A stretch of 64,000 nucleotides of DNA from Eledone cirrhosa (lineage: Eukaryota). A model generated the notes under the pieces. The model saw only the letters and a program-made list of their open reading frames with translations. It did not search any database and was not told where the DNA came from. The stretch is from assembly GCA_964016885.1 (NCBI GenBank), contig OZ024752.1:30814001-30878000 (forward strand), written 5' to 3'. Positions 56,344-64,000 of the stretch are shown here, piece by piece (position 1 is the stretch's first letter; each line of letters starts with the position of its first letter). A program made the position numbers and the translations under genes.

Positions 56344-59300
56344 CTTTACGTCCGCTTTTCCCTGCTTGCAAGGGTGGGATGGGTCTTATTCAGCACAGCA
56401 TCTCTCCACTTATCACGGTCCTTCGTCATCTCCACCATGAGCTTTAGCGATCTGAGATCTGTTCTCACCACCTCCGCCCATGTTTTTCGTGGTCTACCTC
56501 TACCACGTCTTCCTTCAACTGGCATTTCCTGGCACTTCTTCACCCATTGGTCATCCTCCATGCGCATCACATGTCCATACCACCGTAGTCTCCTCTCTCG
56601 CACACTACATTCTATCCCTCACAGACACAGTTTCTCTCTCAACACATCCGTGCTGGGTCGTTCACGCACATTGACATTGCACATCCATCCAGCCGTCACA
56701 TATCCTCTGCAGTTGCTGCCCAAGTCTCACTACCATGCAGCATCGCGCTCCTCACACAGGCATCATATAACCGGCCTTTCGTACGCAGGGAGAAACCCTT
56801 CTTCGTCAGCAGAGGAAGCAGCTCCCTAAACTTCTTCCAACCCGTCCTTATTCTAGATACTATGGCCTCGGAACAACCCCCCTCGCATGCTAATCTGATC
56901 TCCTAGGTATCCACCACTTCTATAGCACCCGCCTGCATTTGAAAAATGTGTCTATCAATGTGACTTCTACTGTCTAATTTTCCCGTACATCTACTGCATA
57001 CGTATTTCTCCCTACCTGTTAGTTTGCCTGCTAACCCACTACATCTCTTGTGTACCCAGGATCTGCATTGTGTGCATTTTATAGAATTTATGCCAGTTCC
57101 TTTTCTGCATATCGAACATGGCCATTTCCCTGACGGAATCAGAGTTTTGACCTCTTTTCTACTCATCAACACTTTTGTCTTAGCTAGGTTCACTCTCAGT
57201 CCTCTTGCTTCCAACTGCTATTTCCTTAGCCAGAATTTATTCTCTAGCTCCTCTACTGATTCTGCTATAAGAACCAGATCGTCAGCATTGAGAAGTTCCC
57301 ATGGACAGCCAGTCTTAAACTCCTCTGTTATGGCTTGGAGGACTATAATGAACAAGAGCGGGCTGAGGACCGAACCTTGATTTACTACTACTTGTATCTG
57401 AAATTTCTCACTAAATTCCATTCCTACCCTGACTTTACAGACAGCACCTCTGTACAAAGTTTGCACTGTCCTCACAAGCCATTCCTCAACACCTAGTTTC
57501 CTTAGAGATCACCAGATGACAGATCGGGGTACCCTATCAAAGGCCTTCTCTAGGTCAACAAAAGCTAAGTATAGTGGCTTATTTTTCTCTAAAAACCTCT
57601 CTTGTAATTGTCTCACCAAGAAGAGGGCATCTGTTGTACTCTTCCCAGGCACAAAACCAAACTGCATCACATCTAGTTTGACCCTTTCTCTAATTAGTTG
57701 TGCTAATATCCTTTCTGCCACTTTCATAACCTGATCCATCAGTTTTATACCCCTATAATTGCTCCTCTCCAGAGCATCCCCTTTACCTTTGTAGCAATTT
57801 ATGAGAATACTGCTGCACCAGTCTTTGGGTATGACACCACCATATATAGCCTGATGCGTGCAACCAGTTTAGTGCCTACATCCCCTGATGCCTTCAGCAT
57901 CTCAGCAACTATCCCCGACGGTCCAGCAACCTTACCATTGTTCATTTCCTTAATAGCCTCTTAGACCCTATATTCGTCAATCTCAATAGCTGGTCCCTCT
58001 GTCGGATCTACTGAGAGCAATTTCTCTCTCTCCCATTCGTTCTCCACATTCATCAGTCTCTTATAATGACATGTCCAGGCCTCCTTTTTCTGATCATTCG
58101 TGACACTAAGTACACTGGCATCATTCCGGACACATTTATCTCCAACAACATCATAATTTGCATTGACACACTGCCTTGCAATGTGGAACACCACACACCT
58201 CTGATCTTCCCGTCGCAGAACATTGGCAAACCTCCTACTCTCAGCCTACCTGCGTGCTAAGTACACCTGATGTCTAGCTTCTCTCTTAGCGGCTGTATAT
58301 CCTTCTCTACTCCCACCCTTTTCCCAAGCTTTCCATGCTAGTCTTTTGTCTCTAATGGCCCTATCTAATGTGCTGTTCCACCACCAGGTCACTCTGTCTG
58401 GTTGGAGCTCTGCTCCAGCCACAAGTTTCATCAGTAGCCTGCAGTAAGTTGTCACGTAAGAAATTCCAGTTATTATCGATGTCATACGACTCTAAATCAT
58501 CTTCTTTTTCGTCATGCACATCTTGAAGAGCTTTCCTAAATTTGTATTTTAGTGAAAGATCTTTTAGCTTCCAGACCTTTCTTCTCCACACCTTCCTGTA
58601 TGTTTCATTCCATCCCTTGCTTACTGAGATATCACCAACGACTAACCTATGCTGTGGGGTACATTCTTCCCCAGGATATGCCTTGGTATTTGACACCATC
58701 TGCCTGTCCCGCTGCCTAACTAGTAAGAAGTCAATCTGGCTTATGTGCTCACCAGATTTGTAGGTTATTAGGTGATTGGCAGGTTTCTGGAAGTTAGTGT
58801 TGCAAATAGTCAGTGTACTTGCATCACAAAATTCAAGAAGTCTCACTCCTTCTTCATTTCTTGAGCCGTAACCGTGCCCACCATGTACTCCAGTGTAACC
58901 ATCCTGGAGCTGTCCAACATGACCATTGAAGTCCCCTGCTAGCATAACGATGTCTCCATCCTCTGTCATTGCGGCTGTTTGTAAAAGTTGCTCGTAAAAG
59001 CAGTCTTTCTCTTCTTTGCCTAGGCCTGCTTGGGGAGCATAGGCAGAGATGATTGTCAGTAGTCTCCTGCCTACAACTAATCTAAGCTTAATTATTCAAT
59101 TATTAACTCGAACTACCTCTATTGTCTTATTGATCCATCTCTCAGCCAGGAAAATGCCTACTTCCCCTAACCCATCATCCTTACCTACCCAGAAAAGCTT
59201 ATAGCTAAGATGTTTGCCTGCGACTAGTCTCGCAGAGGCACCTCTTGCACACATCCACATGCCTTCTCTCCAGCATCTCCGCTATTTCACCAGATCTACC

Positions 59301-59345
59301 TGTGAGAGTGCCAACATTAAGTGTTGCAACTCTGAGATGCGACAT
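56306..59345 (-). mobile_element. Near-full-length degraded RTE-clade LINE (family 2) with PHD-like insert
   Basis: LRVATLNVGTL, GDFNGHVG, FVDLEKAFDRVP, QGSVLSP, NADD, WPCSICRK...WVHKRC...YVCSRC, LRWYGHV; many stops and frameshifts; (GAT)n tail directly after the ORF. Confidence 0.92.
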
Positions 59346-59413
59346 CTTCATATCTTTGTTGTTCCTATATATTTGTTGCTGTGCTCATAATTGTAATTAT
59401 ATATATATATATA

Positions 59414-59962
59414 ATAGACGGTAGTCACGGAATAGGCAGACCTAGAAAAACCTGGGACGAGCTGATAAACTCCGACATCACACACTTACACCTCTCCAAG
59501 ACAATGTCACTGGACCGAGACCTTTGGCGGTACTCAGTAACAGAGAAGACCCGCCTTACCTAAATATATAGTAAAACCTACTCCAGCCAGTAGGCATCTC
59601 TAACAAAATACACCCCGTCCCACCACCCCCACCCCCACCCGATCCACACCACCCCGTTCTATGTAAAGTTATGTTGGTGCCGCGCCTTCGAGGCCGAAAC
59701 AAATGAGATCGTGTAGGTGTCACGACAAAAAAACACACAGTCCACGCTGTAATGTGGCCGTGTAGGCAACACGGTAAAAACCTCCCAGACCCACACTGTA
59801 AATGTGGTTGGTGTTAGGAAGGGCATCCAACTGTAGAAAACCTGCCAGACAGTCCTATGCGAGCAAGACAATCACTCTTGCCTCAAGTGGGACTACCCCC
59901 GTCCAAACCCATGCAAGCGTGGAACACGGACGTTAAACGTTGATGATGATGATGATGATGAT
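59414..59962 (+). mobile_element. 5'-truncated RTE family 1 copy
   Basis: Near-identical to the reverse complement of 45857-46405. Confidence 0.92.
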
Positions 59963-60179
59963 ATATGTCTAAACCCATGCTAGCGTGGAAGATAGACGTT
60001 AAATGATGCTGATGATGATATATACACACACACACACACACCAAAGTTTGTTTCAAATTATATTGTGTGAAGTTTAATTTAACTAAAAACAAAAATAGAA
60101 ATAAAACTTGCTTCACAGAATTGACTTCTTTCTTTAGTTATCCAATTATGTTGATATACTAGCTTCATTATACTATTAG

Positions 60180-60810
60180 AATAATCCTTTCATTACCATA
60201 TTTCTAATGAAAGACAACACCTATGTCATTAACCCTTTCATTACTATATTTCTAATGAAAGACACTACCTATGTTGTTTAACCCTTTCATTACTGTATTT
60301 CTAATGAAAGACACTACCTATGTTGTTTAACCCTTTCATTACCGTATTTCTAATGAAAGACACTACCTATGTTGTTTAACCCTTTCATTACCGTATTTCT
60401 AATGAAAGACACTACCTATGTTGTTTAACCCTTTCATTACTGTATTTCTAATGAAAGACACTACCTATGTTGTTTAACCCTTTCATTACCGTATTTCTAA
60501 TGAAAGACACTACCTATGTTGTTTAACCCTTTCATTACTGTATTTCTAATGAAAGACACTACCTATGTCATTAACCCTTTCATTGCCATATTTCTCATAA
60601 AATACACTATTTGTCATTAACCCTTTCGCTACATTAGTTCTAATGAAAGACACTACCTATGTCTTTAACCCTCTCATTATTATATTTCTTATGAATGACA
60701 TTGTCGATGTCATTAACCCTTTCATCATCATATTTCTAAAGAAAGACACTGTCTATATTTAATCCTTTCATTAAACATATTTCTATTGAAAAACACTGTC
60801 TATGTCATTG
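60180..60810. repeat. 49-bp tandem repeat (~13 copies) beginning TTAACCCTTT
   Basis: Unit TTAACCCTTTCATTACTGTATTTCTAATGAAAGACACTACCTATGTTGT; homogeneous centre with diverged edges. Confidence 0.92.
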
Positions 60811-61318
60811 GACCAGGACTAGGGATGTTTGGAACATAACTTAACAAAGGTTCTTACATAAAATAATGAAATATAAACACTTTAAACTAAATATAAACAC
60901 TTTAAACTAAACAGTTTTGTATCATAGAAGTTCCTCCGCAAGATCAGAACGTCGGTGGCCTGTCTGAGGAAAAAGCTCCATGAGGTAGGGTGGCTGTTGC
61001 AGCGGGTTGCGCTGTCTTTGCCCCCGGGAATGCTTTTGTGGTCTTGTCTGCGGGTCACAGTCCCTTTACCACCACACTCTAGGTCCAGAGTCCAATAATC
61101 CTTCCCCTCCCCCTCCCCATTTTTCTGTGACACTAGAGTCCTTGCCATTCACTCCCTTTCCCATTTTTTCTATCTTTTTCTCTTTTTTCTCTATATTTTC
61201 CTATTTTACATTCCATTCTTCTCAATCTAAATTTTCTTTTTTTCTATTTCTATTAAACTGTATTTACATGATATATTCCATAAATATATTCCATAAATAA
61301 TGTTTGGTATCAAAAAGT

Positions 61319-61784
61319 TTAACCCTTTAGCATTTACATTCTATATTTACTTTTATATTTTCATGGTAAAAGCTTTATCTCACATAATTATCTCATATAA
61401 TATCGAATCTACAAGATTGTGATGTTACTTATTTTGAGAACAATACCTTAACATCAGTATGAGCGGCCGGTTACAGCTAGTTTGAACAGAAAGAGGTGAG
61501 AAAATTCTGGCCAGATATGGCTGGTTTAAATGCTAAAGGGTTGAATATTGTATTTTGTTTGTTGTTTTAACCCTTGAGCATTTACATTACTCTATATATA
61601 CTATTATATTTTCATGGTAAAGGCTTTACCTCGCATAATTATCTCACATAATATCAAATCTATAAGATTTTGAAAATATTTATTTTGAGAACAATACCTT
61701 AACATCAGTTTGAACAACCGGTTGCAGCCAATTTCAACAGAAAGAGGTAAAGAATTTTGGCTGGTTTGAACATTAAAGGGTTAA
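61319..61784 (-). mobile_element. Two adjacent piggyBac-type MITEs (61319-61544 and 61567-61784)
   Basis: TTAA-CCCTT...AAAGGG-TT(A/G)A termini. Confidence 0.87.
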
Positions 61785-62176
61785 GGGTCAAAAGAGAGGG
61801 GAATTTTTATTCAATTCTGTTATACTTAAGAGAAATTTAATATCTATTTTATTTTATTTTTATCTGACCCTTTAGTCATTCTATATTTTCTTTTTCTTTT
61901 TAGATTCCTTTTGGAACATTGCACATCAGTAAGGCCAAGAAATCCATGGACACAATTCCTTTTCTGTATTAAAGCAAAATCTATAACTCTTTAACGATTT
62001 TAGTTATCATAAAAATATTTTAAAAATTAAAAAAAAACAGTAAAAAGAACAAAGTCGAACAAAACAACAACAACAAAAAAATGGATGTAAAAAATAGAAA
62101 GAAAGAAAGAAGGAAAGAAAGTAATTCAGCATTAAGCTAACAGGTTGTATTTGATACACACAGATATATACATGTG

Positions 62177-62247
<71 letters not shown>

Positions 62248-62255
62248 ATATATAT

Positions 62256-62302
<47 letters not shown>

Positions 62303-62355
62303 TACATATGTATCATATATATATATGTGTATGTATGTATATGTATGTGTGTGTA

Positions 62356-62415
<60 letters not shown>

Positions 62416-62977
62416 GTTAATGCATAGAAAAAAATGTGATATTTTGTAAATAAGAAGTGTGGGTTTTTTTGTTTTTTTTTATATAACAGTTTATTAAATA
62501 GAGGAGTTTGACTATTTAATATTGTTGTGATGATGATGATGGCATTAACGGTGTTGATGATGATGATGATGGCATTAACGGTGTTGATGATGATGATGAT
62601 GATAATGATAATAAATGTGATGATGATGATGATGATGACGGTGATGATGATGGTGATGGTGATGATGATGATGGTGATGGTGATGACGATGACGATGATG
62701 GTGATGATAATAACGACGGCAATAAATGTGATGATGATGATGATGACTGCAATAATGGCGACACTGTGGTGAAGTAATAAGTTCTATGACAATTGTATCT
62801 GTCACTTAGTTTCAAACTCCATGTTTCCAACTCAATGTTTTGCTTATGTTGTTACAGCTTGTTGGTAAAGGCTTGAACATCACAACACATGTTCCCTAAC
62901 CCTCTTCTCCCTATTCTTATAAATCTAAAAACCCTTAGCCTAAGTAAAATTTGTTATTATTATTATTATTATTTAAA

Positions 62978-64000
62978 GGGCGGTGGATTGGCAGTATCGG
63001 TAGAGGGTCGGACACCATGCTTTGATGCATAGAGTTACGGCCCTTGCCATTCTGAGTTCAAATCCCGCCGAGGTTAACTTTGCCTTTCATCCTTATGGGG
63101 TCGATAAAATAAAGTACCAGTAATACACTGGGGTAATTGCTGGCCTTGTGCCTGAAGTAGAAATAATTATTATTATTTAAAAGCGGTGGATTGGCAGTAT
63201 CGGTAGAGGGTCGGACACCATGCTTTGATGCAAAGAGTTACGGCCCTTTATGGTCCGAGGTTAACTTTGCCTTTCATCCATACGGGGTCGATAAAATAAA
63301 GTACCGGTAATGTACTGAGTAATTGCTGGCCTTGTGCCAAAAGTAGAAACAATTATTATTATTTAAAGCATTGGACATGCTTAGCGGCACAGAGTTATGG
63401 CTCTTTATATTCTGAGTTCAAATCCCGCTGAGGTTAACTTTACCTTTCATCCTTATAGGGTCGATAAAATAAAGTACCAGTCACACACTGGGGTTGATTT
63501 AATCGACTTTCCCCTCCCTCAGAAACCATTATTATTATTTAATGTTGGATTAGGGTAGTGGATTGGCAGTATCGGTAGTGCGGCAGACACCCTGCTTTGC
63601 AGCATAGAGTTACGGCCCTTTCCGGTCTCAGTTCAAATCCAGCCGAGGTTAGCTTTGCTTTTCATCCTTACAGGGTTGATAAAATAAAGTACCAGTAACA
63701 TACTGGAGTCGATTTAATTGACTCCCCCCCCCCCAAAAAAAAATTGCTGGCCTTGTGCCTAGACCTGAAACCCTTATTATTATTAGGTGGGGGGGGGGGC
63801 AGTATCGGTAGAGAGTCGGACACCATGCTTTGTAGCATAGAGTTACGGCCCTTTACGGTCCGAGTGCAAATCCCGCCGAGGTTAGCTTTGCCTTTCATCC
63901 TTACAGGGTCGATAAAATAAAGTACCAGTAACATACTGGAGTCGATTTAATCGACTTTCCCCTCCTCCAAAATTGCTGGCCTTGTGCCTAGATCTGAAAC
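62978..64000 (+). mobile_element. Head-to-tail array of 5 family A SINEs
   Basis: Repeated complete units separated by (ATT)n tails. Confidence 0.9.

Overview
Eukaryotic, AT-rich, microsatellite-dense genomic DNA. The SINE and RTE repertoire suggests an octopod cephalopod (inference). Most long ORFs in the track are simple-repeat artefacts. One convincing host gene is present: a single-coding-exon, 414-aa protein (8277-9521) with an N-terminal MGSCYS acylation motif and a C-terminal SOCS box. The rest is transposable elements: an apparently intact CR1-clade LINE (~2721-7214); two near-full-length RTE LINEs with a PHD-like finger inside ORF2; RTE, Tx1 and maT fragments; tRNA-derived SINEs; piggyBac-type and Tigger-type MITEs; two non-autonomous Helitrons; and two solo LTRs. 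There are also several fold-back Penelope-like remnants carrying hammerhead ribozyme motifs, a 5S rRNA pseudogene, and many minisatellites, several grown out of TE pieces. The most notable observation is in the CR1 element. ORF1 ends in a canonical G_GGA_AAC slippery heptamer directly before its stop codon, and ORF2 lies in the -1 frame with no usable ATG, which points to programmed -1 ribosomal frameshifting. Other notable items are a twin-primed (5'-inverted) RTE insertion with a 12-bp TSD, an RTE family that seems to have captured a SINE-type 3' end, and multiple hammerhead motifs. All coordinates were read by eye; element ends are approximate unless a TSD is given.
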